DNA of 64,000 nucleotides from NCBI GenBank assembly GCA_964016885.1, contig OZ024742.1:4154001-4218000 (forward strand). The letters run 5' to 3'. Of this stretch, positions 25,278 through 39,070 are shown piece by piece. The translations under genes and the position numbers were made by a program. Below the pieces are notes generated by a model. It was not told the origin of the DNA, searched no databases, and saw only the letters and a program-made list of their open reading frames with translations. The stretch comes from Eledone cirrhosa (Eukaryota). Position 1 is the stretch's first letter. Each line of letters opens with the position of its first letter.

Positions 25278-28200
25278 GTGGTGGTGTTGATGATGGTGTA
25301 GTTGATGATGGTGTTGGTGGTGTAGTTGTTGGTGGTGTTGTTGGTGGTGTTGGTGGGGTTGTTGGTGGTGTTGGTGGTGTAGTTGGTGGTGGTGTTGTTG
25401 TCGATGGTGTTAGTGTTGTTGGTGGTGTAGTTGGTGGTGGTGTTGTTATAGATGGTGTTAGTGTTGTTGGTGGTGTAGTTGCTGGTGGTGTTGGTGGTAT
25501 TAGTTGTTGGTGATGTTGGTGGTGTAGTTGTTGGTGGTGTTGGTGGTGTATTGTTGGTGGTGTTGGAGGTGTAGTTGTTGGTGGTGTTGGTGGGGTTGTT
25601 GGTGGTGTTGGTGGTGTAGTTGGTGGTGGTGTTGGTGGTGTATTGTTGGTGGTGTTGGTGGGGTTGTTGGTGGTGTTGGAGGTGTAGTTGTTGGTCGTGT
25701 TGGAGGTGTAGTTGTTGGTGGTGTTGGTGGGGTTGTTGGTGGTGTTGGTGGTGTAGTTGGTGGTGGTGTTGTTGTCGATGGTGTTGGTGGTGTAGTTGTT
25801 GGTGGTGTTGGTGGTGTAGTTGTTGGTGGTGTTGGTGGTATTAGTTGTTGGTGATGTTGGTGGTGTAGTTCTTGGTGGTATTGGTGGTGTATTGTTGGTG
25901 GTGTTGGAGGTGTAGTTATTGGTGGTGTTGATGGTGTAGTTGTTGGTGGTGTTGGTGGTGTTATTGGTGGTGTTGGTGGTGTTGTTTTTGGTGGTGTTGG
26001 TGGTGTAGTTGTTGGTGGTGTTGGTGGTGTTATTGGTTGTGTGGGTGGTGTAGTTGTTGGTGGTGTTGGTGGTGTAGTTGTTGTTGGTGTTGGTGGTGTT
26101 GGAGGTGTAGTTGTTGGTGTGTTGGAGGTGAAGTTGTTGGTGGTGTTGGTGGTGTAGTTGTCGGTGGTGTTGGAAGTGTAGTTGTTGTTGGTGGTGTTGG
26201 TGGTGGTGTTGTTGGTGTAGTTGTTGGTGGTGTAGGTGGTGTTATTGGTGGTATAGTTGTTGGTGGTGTTGGTGGTATTAGTTGTTGGTGGTGTTGGTGG
26301 TGTAGTTGTTGGTGGTGATGTTGGTGATGGTGTGGTAGTGTAGTTTTTGGTGGTGTTGGTGGTGTAGTCATTGGTGGTGTTGGAGGTGTAGTTGTTGGTG
26401 GTGTTGGTGGTGTAGCTGTTGGTGGTGTTGGTGGTGTTGGTGGTGTAGTTGTTGATGGTATTGGTGGTGTATTGTTGGTGGTGTTGGTGGTATCAGGTGT
26501 TGGTGGTGTTGGTGGTGTTGTTGGTGGTGTTGTTGGTGGTGCTGGTGGTGTAGTTGTTGGTGGTGTTGTTGTTGGTGGTGTTGGTGGTGTTGGTGGTGTA
26601 GTTGTTGATGGTATTGGTGGTGTATTGTTGGTGGTGTTGGTGGTATTAGTTGTTGGTGGTGTTGGTGGTGTTGTTGGTGGTGTTGGTGGTGTTGTTGGTG
26701 GTTTTGGTGGTGTAGTTGGTGGTGGTGTTGCTGGTGTAGTTGTTGGTGGTGTTGCTGGTGTTATTGGTGGTGTTGGAGGTGTAGTTGTTGGTAGTGTTGG
26801 TGGTGTTGTTGTTGTTGGTGGTGTTGGTGGTGTAGTTTTTGGTGGTGTTGGTGCTGTAGTTATTGGTGGTGTTGGAGGTGTAGTTTTTGGTGGTGTTGGT
26901 GGTGTAGTTGTTGGTCGTGTTGGAGGTGTAGTTGTTGGTGGTGTTGTTGGTGGCGTAGTTGTCGGTGGTGTTGGAGGTGTAGTTGTTGGTGGTGTTATTG
27001 GTGGTGGTGTTGGTGAAGTTGTTGGTGGGGTAGGTTGTGTTATTGTTGGTGTAAGTGGTGTTGTTGTTGGTGGTGTTGGAGGTGTAGTTGTTGTTGGTGT
27101 TGGTGGTGTAGTTGTTGTTGGTGTTGGTGCTGTAGTTGTTGTTGGTGTTGGTGGTGTAGTTGTTGGTGGTGTAGTTGTTGGTGGTGTTGGTGGTGTAGTT
27201 GTTGGTGATGTTGGTGGTGTTATTGGTTGTGTTGGTGGTGTAGTTGTTGGTGGTGTAGTTGTTGGAGGTGTAGTTGTTGGTGGTGTTGGTGGTGTAGTTG
27301 TTGGAGGTGTAGTTGTTGGTGGTGTTGGTGTTGTAGTTGTTGGTAATGTTGGTGGTGTTATTGGTGGTGTTGGAGGTGTAGTTGTTGGTGGTGTTGATGG
27401 TGTAGTTGTTGGAGGTGTAGATGTTGGTGGTGTTGGTGGTGTAGTTGTTGGTGGTTTAGTTGTTGGTGGTGTTGGAGGTGTAGTTGTTGGTGGTGTAGTT
27501 GTTGGTGGTGTAGTTGTTGGTGGTGTTGGAGGATTAGTTGTTGGTGGTGTAGTTGCTGGTGGTGTTGGAGGATTAGTTGATGGTGGTGTAGTTGTTGGTT
27601 GTGTTGGAGGTGTAGTTGTTGGTGGTGTTGGTGGTGTTGGAGGTGTAGTTGTTGGTGGTGTTGGTGGTGTTGGAGGTGTAGTTGTTGGAGGTGTAGTTGT
27701 TGGTGGTGTTGTTGGTGGTGTTGGTGGTGTAGTTGTTGGTGGTGATGTTGGTGATGGTGTGGTAGTGTAGTTTTTGGTGGTGTTCGTGGTGTAGTCATTG
27801 GTGGTGTTGGAGGTGTAGTTGTTGGTGGTGTTGGTGGTGTAGCTGTTGGTGGTGTTGGTGGTGTTGTTGTTGGTGGTGTTGGTGGTGTTGGTGGTGTAGT
27901 TGTTGATGGTATTGGTGGTGTATTGTTGGTGGTGTTGGTGGTATTAGGTGTTGGTGGTGTTGGTGGTGTTGTTGGTGGTGTTGGTGGTGTTGTTGGTGGT
28001 GCTGGTGGTGTAGTTGTTGGTGGTGTTGTTGTTGGTGGTGTTGGTGGTGTTGGTGGTGTAGTTGTTGATGGTATTGGTGGTGTATTGTTGGTGGTGTTGG
28101 TGGTGTTGTTGGTGGTGTTGGTGGTGTTGTTGGTGGTTTTGGTGGTGTTGCTGGTGTAGTTGTTGGTGGTGTTGCTGGTGTTATTGGTGGTGTTGGAGGT

Positions 28201-31200
28201 GTAGTTGTTGGTAGTGTTGGTGGTGTTGTTGTTGGTGGTGTAGTTATTGGTGGTGTTGGAGGTGTAGTTTTTGGTGGTGTTGGTGGTGTAGTTGTTGGTG
28301 GTGTTGGTGCTGTAGTTATTGGTGGTGTTGGAGGTGTAGTTTTTGGTGGTGTTGGTGGTGTAGTTGTTGGTCGTGTTGGAGGTGTAGTTGTTGGTGGTGT
28401 TGTTGGTGGCGTAGTTGTCGGTGATGTTGGAGGTGTAGTTGTTGGTGGTGTTATTGGTGGTGGTGTTGGTGTAGTTGTTGGTGGGGTAGGTTGTGTTATT
28501 GTTGGTGTAGGTGGTGTTGTTGTTGGTGGTGTTGGAGGTGTAGTTGTTGTTGGTGTTGGTGGTGTAGTTGTTGGTGGTGTTGGTGGTGTAGTTGTTGGTG
28601 GTGTAGTTGTTGGTGGTGTTGGTGGTGTAGTTGTTGGTGATGGTGGTGTTATTGGTTGTGTTGGTGGTGTAGTTGTTGGTGGTGTTGGTGGTGTAGTTGT
28701 TGTTGGTGTTGGTGGTGTAGTTGTTGTTGGTGTTGGTGGTGTAGTTGTTGGTGGTGTAGTTGTTGCTGGTGTAGTTGGTGGTGTTGGTGGTGTAGTTGTT
28801 GGTGATGGTGGTGTTATTGGTTGTGTTGGTGGTGTAGTTGTTGGTGGTGTTGGTGGTGTAGTTGTTTGAGGTGTAGTTGTTGGTGGTGTTGGTGGTGTTG
28901 TTGGTCGTGCTGGTGGTGTAGTTGTTGGTGGTGTTGTTGTTGGTGGTGTTGGTGGTGTTGGTGGTGTAGTTGTTGATGGTATTGGTGGTGTATTGTTGGT
29001 GGTGTTGGTGGTATTAGTTGTTGGTGGTGTTGGTGGTGTTGTTGGTGGTGTTGGTGGTGTTGTTGGTGGTTTTGGTGGTGTAGTTGGTGGTGGTGTTGCT
29101 GGTGTAGTTGTTGGTGGTGTTGCTGGTGTTATTGGTGGTGTTGGAGGTGTAGTTGTTGGTAGTGTTGGTGGTGTTGTTGTTGGTGGTGTTGGTGGTGTAG
29201 TTATTGGTGGTGTTGGAGGTGTAGTTTTTGGTGGTGTTGGTGGTGTAGTTGTTGGTGGTGTTGGTGCTGTAGTTATTGGTGGTGTTGGAGGTGTAGTTTT
29301 TGGTGGTGTTGGTGGTGTAGTTGTTGGAGGTGTAGTTGTTGGTGGTGTTGTTGGTGGCGTAGTTGTCGGTGGTGGTGTTATTGGTGGTGGTGTTGGTGTA
29401 GTTGTTGGTGGGGTAGGTTGTGTTATTGTTGGTGTAGGTGGTGTTGTTGTTGGTGGTGTTGGAGGTGTAGTTGTTGTTGGTGTTGGTGGTGTAGTTGTTG
29501 GTGGTGTTGGTGGTGTAGTTGTTGGTGATGTTGGTGGTGTTATTGGTTGTATTGGTGGTGTAGTTGTTGGTGGTGTTGGTGGTGTAGTTATTGGAGGTGT
29601 AGTTGTTGGTGGTGTTGGTGGTGTAGTTGTTGGTGGTGTAGTTGTTGGTGGTGTTGGAGGTGTAGTTGTTGGTGGTGTTGGTGGTGTAGTTGTTGGTGGT
29701 GTTGGAGGTGTAGTTGTTGGTGGTGTTGGAGGTGTAGTTGTTAGTGGTGTTGGTGGTGTAGTTGTTGGTGGTGTTGGAGATGTAGATGTTGCTGGTGTTG
29801 CAGGTGTAGATGTTGGTGGTGTTGGAGGTGTAGTTGTTGGTGGTGTTGGAGGATTAGTTGTTGGTGGTGTTGGTGGTGTAGATGTTGGTGGTGTTGGTGG
29901 TGTAGATGTTGGTGGTGGTGTAGTTGTTAGTGTTGTTGGTGGTGTTGGAGGTGTAGTTGTTGGTGGTGTTGGTGGTGTAGTTGTTAGTGTTGTTGGTGGT
30001 GTAGTTTTTGGTGGTGTTGGTGGTGTAGTTGTTGGTGGTGTTGGTGGTGTAGTTGTTGGTGGTGTTGGTGGTGTAGTTGTTGGTGGTGTTGGTGGTGTAG
30101 TTGTTGGTGGGGTTGGTGGTGTAGTTTTGGTGGTGTTTGTGGTGTAGTTGTTGGTGGTGTTGGTGGTGTAGTTGTTAGTGTTGTTGGTGGTGTAGTTGTT
30201 GGTGGTGTTGGTGGTGTAGTTGTTGGTGGGGTTGGTGGTGTTGTTTTGGTGGTGTTTGTGGTGTAGTTGTTGGTGGTGTTGGTGGTGTAGTTGTTAGTGT
30301 TGTTGGTGGTGTAGTTGTTGGTGGTGTTGGTGGTGTAGTTGTTGGTGGGGTTGGTGGTGTTGTTTTGGTGGTGTTTGTGGTGTAGTTGTTGGTGGTGTTG
30401 GTGGTGTAGTTGTTGGTGGTGTTGGTGGTGTAGTTATTGGTGTTGTTGGAGGTGTAGTTTTTGGTGGTGTTGGTGGTGTAGTTGTTGGTGGGGTTGGTGG
30501 TGTAGTTTTGGTGGTGTTTGTGGTGTAGTTGTTGGTGGTGTTGGTGGTGTAGTTGTTGGTTGTGTTGGTGTTGTAGTTGTTGGTGGTGTTGGTGCTGTAG
30601 TTATTGGTGGTGTTGGAGGTGTAGTTGTTGGTGGTGTTGGTGGTGTAGTTGTTGGTCGTGTTGGAGGTGTAGTTGTTGGTGGTGTTGGTGGTGTAGTTGT
30701 TGGTGGTGTTGGAGGTGTAGTTGTTGGTGGTGTAGTTGTTGGTGGTGTTGGTGGTGTAGTTGTTGGTGGGGTTGGTGGTGTAGTTTTGGTGGTGTTTGTG
30801 GTGTAGTTGTTGGTGGTATTGGTGGTGTAGTTGTTGGCGGGGTTGGTGGTGTAGTTTTGGTGGTGTTTGTGGTGTAGTTGTTGGTGGTGTTGGTGGTGTA
30901 GGTGTTAGTGTTGTTGGTGGTGTAGTTGTTGGTGGTGTTGGTGGTGTAGTTGTTGGTGGTGTTGGTGTTGTAGTTGTTGGTGGGGTTGGTGGTGTAGTTT
31001 TGGTGGTGTTTGTTGTGTAGTTGTTGGTGGTGTTGGTGGTGTAGTTGTTGGTGGTGTTGGTGGTGTAGTTGTTGGTGGTGTTGGTGCTGTAGTTATTGGT
31101 GTTGTTGGAGGTGTAGTTTTTGGTGGTGTTGGTGGTGTAGTAGTTGGTGGGGTTGGTGGTGTAGTTTTGGTGGTGTTTGTGGTGTAGTTGTTGGTGGTGT

Positions 31201-33130
31201 TGGTGGTGTAGTTGTTGGTGGTGTTGGTGTTGTAGTTGTTGGTGGTGTTGGTGCTGTAGTTATTGGTGGTGTTGGAGGTGTAGTTGTTGGTGGTGTTGGT
31301 GGTGTTGTTGTTGGTCGTGTTGGAGGTGTAGTTGTTGGTGGTGTTGGTGGTGTAGTTGTTGGTGGTGTTGGAGGTGTAGTTGTTGGTGGTGTTGGTGGTG
31401 TAGTTGTTGGTGGTGTTGGTGGTGTAGTTGTTGGTGGGGTTGGTGGTGTAGTTTTGGTGGTGTTTGTGGTGTAGTTGTTGGTGGTGTTGGTGGTCTAGTT
31501 GTTGGTGGTGTTGGTGGTGTAGTTGTTGGTGGTGTTGGTGCTGTAGTTATTGGTGTTGTTGGAGGTGTAGTTTTTGGTGGTGTTTGTGGTGTAGTTGTTG
31601 GTGGTGTTGGTGGTGTAGTTGTTGGTGGTGTTGGTGGTGTAGTTATTGGTGTTGTTGGAGGTGTAGTTTTTGGTGGTGTTGGTGGTGTAGTTGTTGGTGG
31701 GGTTGGTGGTGTAGTTTTGGTGGTGTTTGTGGTGTAGTTGTTGGTGGTGTTGGTGGTGTAGTTGTTGGTTGTGTTGGTGTTGTAGTTGTTGGTGGTGTTG
31801 GTGCTGTAGTTATTGGTGGTGTTGGAGGTGTAGTTGTTGGTGGTGTTGGTGGTGTAGTTGTTGGTCGTGTTGGAGGTGTAGTTGTTGGTGGTGTTGGTGG
31901 TGTAGTTGTTGGTGGTGTTGGAGGTGTAGTTGTTGGTGGTGTAGTTGTTGGTGGTGTTGGTGGTGTAGTTGTTGGTGGGGTTGGTGGTGTAGTTTTGGTG
32001 GTGTTTGTGGTGTAGTTGTTGGTGGTATTGGTGGTGTAGTTGTTGGCGGGGTTGGTGGTGTAGTTTTGGTGGTGTTTGTGGTGTAGTTGTTGGTGGTGTT
32101 GGTGGTGTAGGTGTTAGTGTTGTTGGTGGTGTAGTTGTTGGTGGTGTTGGTGGTGTAGTTGTTGGTGGTGTTGGTGTTGTAGTTGTTGGTGGGGTTGGTG
32201 GTGTAGTTTTGGTGGTGTTTGTTGTGTAGTTGTTGGTGGTGTTGGTGGTGTAGTTGTTGGTGGTGTTGGTGGTGTAGTTGTTGGTGGTGTTGGTGCTGTA
32301 GTTATTGGTGTTGTTGGAGGTGTAGTTTTTGGTGGTGTTGGTGGTGTAGTAGTTGGTGGGGTTGGTGGTGTAGTTTTGGTGGTGTTTGTGGTGTAGTTGT
32401 TGGTGGTGTTGGTGGTGTAGTTGTTGGTGGTGTTGGTGTTGTAGTTGTTGGTGGTGTTGGTGCTGTAGTTATTGGTGGTGTTGGAGGTGTAGTTGTTGGT
32501 GGTGTTGGTGGTGTTGTTGTTGGTCGTGTTGGAGGTGTAGTTGTTGGTGGTGTTGGTGGTGTAGTTGTTGGTGGTGTTGGAGGTGTAGTTGTTGGTGGTG
32601 TTGGTGGTGTAGTTGTTGGTGGTGTTGGTGGTGTAGTTGTTGGTGGGGTTGGTGGTGTAGTTTTGGTGGTGTTTGTGGTGTAGTTGTTGGTGGTGTTGGT
32701 GGTCTAGTTGTTGGTGGTGTTGGTGGTGTAGTTGTTGGTGGTGTTGGTGCTGTAGTTATTGGTGTTGTTGGAGGTGTAGTTTTTGGTGGTGTTGGTGGTG
32801 TAGTTGTTGGTGGGGTTGGTGGTGTAGTTTTGGTGGTGTTTGTGGTGTAGTTGTTGGTGGTGTTGGTGGTGTAGTTGTTGGTCGTGTTGGGGGTGTAGTT
32901 GTTGGTGGTGTTGGTGGTGTAGTTTTGGTGGTGTTGGTGGTGTAGTTGTTGGTTATGTTGGTGGTGCAGTTGTTGGTTGTGTTGTGTAGTTGTTGGTGGT
33001 GTAGTTGTTGGTGGTGTTGGTGGTGTAGTTTTTGGTGGTGTTGGTGGTGTAGTTTTTGGTGGTGTTGGAGGTGTAGTTGTTGGTGGTGTTGGAGTTGTAG
33101 TTGTTGGGGATGTTGGAGGTGTAGTTGTTG
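25278..33130. repeat. G/T-rich triplet satellite (GGT/GTT/GTA; ~24-bp core GGTGGTGTTGGTGGTGTAGTTGTT) with higher-order duplications
   Basis: Almost no C on the + strand. Identical or near-identical ORF translations are offset by exactly 1209 bp (30518/31727, 30796/32005, 31010/32219, 31177/32386). Confidence 0.95.
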
Positions 33131-35703
33131 TTGGTGATGGTGGAGGGGTTGACATTGATGGTCACGGTATTGTTGGTGGTGTTATTGTTGTTGTTGGTTG
33201 TGGTCTTAATGTTTATATCGTTGGTGATGATATTGTTGTTGTTGATGGTGTTGTTGTTGTTGATGTTGTTATTGTTGTTGATGCTGTTGTTGGAGATGGT
33301 GTTGTTGTTGGTGATGGTGTTGTTGTTGTTGATGTTGTTATTGTTGTTGATGCTGTTGTTGGAGATGGTGTTGTTGTTGGTGATGGTGTTGTTGTTGGTG
33401 ATGGTGTTGTTGGTGATGGTGTTGTTGTTGGAGATGGTGTTGTTGTTGTTGGCGATAGTGTTGTTGGAGATGGTGTTGTTGTTGGAGATGGTATTGTTGT
33501 TGGCGATGGTGTTGTTGGAGATGGTATTGTTGTTGGCGATGGTGTTGTTGTTGTTGGTGATGGTGTTGTTGTTGTTGTTGGCAATGATGTTGTTGGAGAT
33601 GGTGTTGTTGTTGTTGTTGGTGTTGTTGTTGTTGTTGGAGATGGTATTGTTGGAGATGGTATTGTTGTTAGTGATGGTGTTGTTGTTGTTGGTGATGGTG
33701 TTGTTGTTGTCGGTGATGGTGTTGTTGTTGTTGGTGATGGTGTTGTTGTTGTCGGTGATGGTGTTGTTGTTGTTGGTGATGGTGTTGTTGGAGATGGTAT
33801 TGTTGTTGGTGATGGTGTTGTGTTGTTGGTGTTGTTGTTGTTGTTGTTGTTGGCGATGGTATTGTTGTTGGTGATGGTGTTGTTGTCGTTGGTGATGGTG
33901 TTGTTGGAGATGGTATTGTTGTTGGTGATGGTGTTGTGTTGTTGGTGTTGTTGTTGTTGTTGTTGTTGGCGATGGTATTGTTGGCGATGGTGTTGTTGGA
34001 GATGGTATTGTCGTTGATGATGGTGTTGTGTTGTTGGTGTTGTTGTTGTTGTTGTTGTTGGCGATGGTATTGTTGGCGATGGTGTTGTTGGAGATGGTAT
34101 TGTCGTTGGTGATGGTGTTGTTGTTGGTGATGGTGTTGTTGTTGGTGATGGTGTTGTTGTTGGTGATGGTGTTGTTGTCGTTGGTGATGGTGTTGTTGTT
34201 GGTGATGGTGTTGTTGTCGTTGGTGATGGTGTTGTTGGAGATGGTATTGTTGTTGGTGATGGTGTTGTTGTTGGTGATGGTGTTGTTGTTGGTGATGGTG
34301 TTGTTGTTGGTGATGGTGTTGTTGTCGTTGGTGATGGTGTTGTTGGAGATGGTATTGTTGTTGGAGATGGTATTGTTGTTGTTGTTGGCGATGGTATTGT
34401 TGTTGGTGATTGTGTTGTTGGAGATGGTGTTGTTGGTGATGGTGTTGTTGTTGGTGAAGATGTTGTTGTTGGTGATGGTGTTGTTGTTGGTGAAGATGTT
34501 GTTGTTGGTGATGGTGTTGTTGTTGGTGATGGTGTTGTTGTTGGTGATGGTGTTGTTGTTGGTGATGGTGTTGTTGTTGGTGATGGTGTTGTTGTTGTTG
34601 GTGATGGTGTTGTTGTTGGTGATGGTGTTGTTGTTGGTGATGGTGTTGTTGTTGGTGATGGTGTTGTTGTCGTTGGTGATGGTGTTGTTGTTGGTGATGG
34701 TGTTGTTGTCGTTGGTGATGGTGTTGTTGGAGATGGTATTGTTGTTGGTGATGGTGTTGTTGTTGGTGATGGTGTTGTTGTTGGTGATGGTGTTGTTGTT
34801 GGTGATGGTGTTGTTGTCGTCGGTGATGGTGTTGTTGGAGATGGTATTGTTGTTGGTGATGGTGTTGTTGTTGTTGGAGATGGTATTGTTGGAGATGGTA
34901 TTGTTGTTGGTGATGGTGTTGTTGTTGGTGATGGTGTTGTTGTTGGTGATGGTGTTGTTGTCGTCGGTGATGGTGTTGTTGGAGATGGTATTGTTGTTGG
35001 TGATGGTGTTGTTGTTGTTGGAGATGGTATTGTTGGAGATGGTATTGTTGTTTGTGATGGTGTTGTTGTTGGTGATGGTGTTGTTGTTGGTGATGGTGTT
35101 GTTGTTGGTGATGGTGTTGTTGTCGTTGATGATGGTATTGTTGGAGATGGTATTGTTGTTGGTGATGGTGTTGTTGTTGGTGATGGTGTTGTTGTTGGTG
35201 ATGGTGTTGTTGTTGTTGGAGATGGTATTGTTGTTGGTGATGGTGTTGTTGTTGGAGATGGTATTGTTGTTGGTGATGGTGTTGTTGTTGGTGATGGTGT
35301 TGTTGTTGGTGATGGTGTTGTTGTTGGTGATGGTGTTGTTGTTGGTGATGGTGTTGTTGTTGGTGATGGTGATGGTATTGTTGTTGGAGATGGTATTGTT
35401 GTTGGTGATGGTGTTGTGTTGTTGGTGATGGTGTTGTTAGAGATGGTATTGTTGGTGGTGATGGTATTGTTGGAGATGGTATTGTTGTTGTTGATGGTGC
35501 TGTTGTTGGTGATGGTGTTGTTGTTGTCGGTGATGGTGTTGTTGTTGTTGGTGATGGTGTTGTTGGAGATGGTATTGTTGGTGGTGATGGTGTTGTTGGT
35601 GATGGTGCTGTTGTTGGTGATTGTATTGTTGTTGTTGATGGTGTTACTGAAGATGGTATTGTTGTTGGTGATGGTGTTGTTGCTGATGTTGTTGGTGGTG
35701 TTG
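33131..35703. repeat. Second triplet satellite domain (~18-bp core GGTGATGGTGTTGTTGTT)
   Basis: Directly visible change of motif. Confidence 0.95.
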
Positions 35704-36086
35704 ACGTTTATTAAGAGTGTTAATATTATATCTCACACGACGTTCTAGATTCATAAGAGCTTATCTTCTGATTTAGAACAAAAATTAAATTTACTACGTT
35801 AGAAAAGCAAAAAATAACAAGAAAGAAAAGGCGATAGTTTGTAGTTAAAGGGAAGTGGCAAAATGACGGAGAAGGAACAACTTCAAGTAAACTCACGTGA
35901 TGCATGGTTATATCAAGGAACAAATAAATGGAAAAATATAGAAAAGGAACTAAAAGAATGTTTTGTTTTGTCATAATATAATGGAACTAAGATGAGAAGA
36001 GGTTTTGAAATTTTTAATTAAGGTTAGATTAATTTCAATTAAGGTAAGATTTATGTAATACTTTAATTAATTATAAAAGAGTAGAG

Positions 36087-36089
<3 letters not shown>

Positions 36090-36148
<59 letters not shown>

Positions 36149-36572
36149 ATGTATATATATATATGTAAAATTATAGATGTGTGTGTGCGCGTATCTATGT
36201 GTGTGTATCTGTATGTGTGTATGTATGTGTGTATGCATGTGTGTGTATCTCTGTATGTATGCATGTGCATGTACGTGTGTGTATGTACGTGTGTGTATGT
36301 ATTTGTGTGTATGTACGTATTTGTATGTACGTGTGTGTATGTATGTCTGAATATGTGTGTGAGTGAGTGTGTGTGTGTATATATATATATATTTGAGTAT
36401 GTGTGTGTGTGTACGTGTGTCTATATATGTGTGTGAGTGAATGTGTGTGTCTATGTATGCGAGTGAGTGTGTGTGTGTCTATGTATGTGTATGTGTGTGT
36501 GTATACATATATTTGAGTATGTGTGTGAATGCATTTGTCTATATGTATGTCAGTAAATGTGTGTGTGTTTGT
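36090..36572. repeat. (TA)n and (TG/TATG)n microsatellite block
   Basis: Directly visible. Confidence 0.95.
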
Positions 36573-36929
36573 ATTCATAAAATACATTTTAGACTGAAGT
36601 TCTGTTATAGCTGAATTAGCTTTTATCATTAATCCTGATTCTAAATTAATTATGTTTTACTTATTTTTAGTTTAATATTAAAAGATAACTTGTATGTGTG
36701 TTAGAAAATGTTTCGAAAATCAATAATACATTGTGTTACATAAAAGATGGACATCAATAGAAAAATATTTAAAAATAAATAAGAGATTGCTTTGCTTTCT
36801 AAAAATGTTGAATACATTTTGATACATATTTGCATTTGTTTTTGTTTGTTGTTATCTTTTTGCCCTTATCCTTGTACTATGTGTTTGAATATCATTTTCT
36901 TTCATTACTATTGTGAAATTAGTAAAACT

Positions 36930-37255
36930 AACTGTCAAGCCTGTCCTGAGAGGAGTAACCACCAATAAGACTGCGGTCAAGTTAAGCCCGTCCTCAGAGA
37001 GTGACCACCAATAAGGCTGCTGTCAAGTTAAGACCGTCCTGAGAGGAGTGACCACCAATAAGATTGCTGTCAAGTTAAGCCCGTCTAGAGAAGAGTGACC
37101 ACCAATAAGACTGCTGTCACGTTAAGCCGGTCCTCAGAGGAGTAACCACCAATAAGATTGCTGTCAAGTTAAGCCCGTCCTGAGAAGAGTGACCACCAAT
37201 AAGACTGCTGTCAAGTTAAGCCCGTCCTCAGAGGAGTGACCACCAATAAGACTGT
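36930..37255 (+). repeat. 47-bp tandem minisatellite, ~7 copies
   Basis: Unit GACTGCTGTCAAGTTAAGCCCGTCCTCAGAGGAGTGACCACCAATAA. Confidence 0.92.
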
Positions 37256-37544
37256 CGGAGACAGAAGTCGTTTACTGTGCACAAAAGGTGTATTAAATAG
37301 CATAACCATAGATGAGGCGGGGTGAGATCACAGTCTCGTGACTGCGTGTTATGTCAGATATGCAGGTGTCTGGGATGTTCTATTATGTAGTATGAATGGA
37401 TGTGTTGGGGAGGAAGGTGGCATTCATGTAGGTATGTAATAAATATGACAATTGAATGAGGGGGGGGGGGATTAGATGTTTAGTCCTGAGCAAAATATGT
37501 GTCTAGAAGATTTTTCAAATTAAGCACATGACAAGTGGTTTATC

Positions 37545-37728
37545 TTTCTTGGTTGTCCATCGTAAACGATGATGACATCTTCTTTATTGTTGTTCCCGTC
37601 TGCCGTGAGCACGAAGGTGGATGTGGAGGCTGATCCTTGACTTGCAGGTCCGGGGACAGTGGGGGAAGGAGAAGAGACCGGAGTCCCTTGGGACAGATGC
37701 TGATGCCTTTCTCCTCCTTTCACGGGCC
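37545..37728 (-). mobile_element. RTE/BovB-type 3' fragment (C2H2 finger and tail)
   Basis: Minus-strand translation gives FPHCPRTCKSRISLHIHLRAHGRREQQ*, followed by GTCATCATCGTTTACGATGGACAACC. Confidence 0.7.
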
Positions 37729-39070
37729 TCAGTTTGTGATTACACGATATTATTAATTCCTGTCGCTTATTTAATAGGATATCCTTAGATTTCATTATTT
37801 CAAAAAGTTCTTGGGAACATAATCTACATTCATAACTATTATTTTGATAAGGGGTGGCCCTTTTGAGCACACTCCAGCTCAGGTCATAATTTATATTCCT
37901 CTTTCTATAATTATTAATTATTTCAGCTAGAGATGTTGTATTAGCTAGTGCGGCATTTTTAAAGCTATGTTTGAGGGTATTAAATCTTACCTTAAATTTG
38001 TTAGAGGTAGCTCCTATATATGAATAAATTAAGTCTTTAGTGGTAACTTTACATTTATATACTATGTTATTAACAAGGCAATTTCCTTTTAATGGGTAGT
38101 TTGCCTTGTTTCTACAGTTACAACTTTTCTTGAATCCTGTATCCGAGGAGATATTATGGTTAGTTTGATGTACTGGTGGTATACTCATGTTTTTTTTTAC
38201 ATTTATATGCATTGTAGGCACTTATATTTTGTTTTATGTTTTTGGTTGTTGAGTAGGAGAATTTAACCGTTGATCTATTTAAAATTTGATGGTATTTGTG
38301 GTTTGGCGGGAAGTTCTTCTCTAGGATATTAAAGAATTTTTTAGGTATATTATCCTTAATTTGTAAATTAAATGGACCATTATACCAAGTAACTCGTCTA
38401 TTACGGTTTCGATGTTGTTTATTGTTTTTATAGGATGTATCCTGATGTTTATTAAGAGAATTGTTGTTAATGACTTCACCACACACATTTTTAGTTAGAT
38501 TCATTGATTTAGGTGTTTTAGCTTGTTTATTAGGAGTTTTATTATTACCATTTATTAGAATTGTAGTATGAGTGGTTTTTTGATAGTTACTATATTGTAT
38601 ATTAGAAGAGTTAGAGAAATTTGGTTTTATGTTTGTATTTTGGGGTATAGTGTGAGTGGCATTTAGGTGTGTATGTTTCATTTGGTGTTTGTTGGTAATA
38701 TTAGGTTGTGTGTTTGTAGTGTTATTGGTACAAGGTATATATACTAATTTATTTTTGTGGCCACTTCTAGCTAGAGCTTCGTTATAAAAGGTCGCATTTT
38801 TATCAAATACATCCTGGTTAGACGAAAGGTTAGACATTCTAAGTGATATATTATATGCAAGGTTTTTAAGGATAGATTTAGGGTGATTAGATTGTGAGTG
38901 TATGTAGTGTACATTTTGGTTAGGTTTATGGTAAGGTTGGTAGATACCCGTAGATAAGTCTAATGTTTTATCAAGGAAATTAACTACTTTACTTGTGTTT
39001 TCAAATATAATATCTAGACAATAATAGTATTTAAGGAAAGTTCTAATAAGCTTTTTATTTTTTTCTATCT
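37729..39070 (-). mobile_element. Penelope-like element A, minus arm (RT thumb, Asn-rich linker, GIY-YIG)
   Basis: VNFLDKTLDL...YHKPN...SNHP, TWYNGPF, CNCRNKANxPLKGNCL, IVYKC, YIGATSNKFKVRF and CRLCSQE. Confidence 0.92.

Noticed and set aside
25278-35703. Mucin-like Thr/Pro ORF (minus) or Gly/Val-rich structural protein (plus)
   Set aside because: Recurrent 1-nt deletions (GTATTGTTGG, GTAGTTTTGG) shift the frame and are propagated with the repeats. No signal peptide, flanking domains or convincing splice context were seen.
36930-37255. CRISPR-like or tandem ribozyme array
   Set aside because: There are no spacers and no GAAA box. One copy has CTGAGAAG but no hammerhead architecture.
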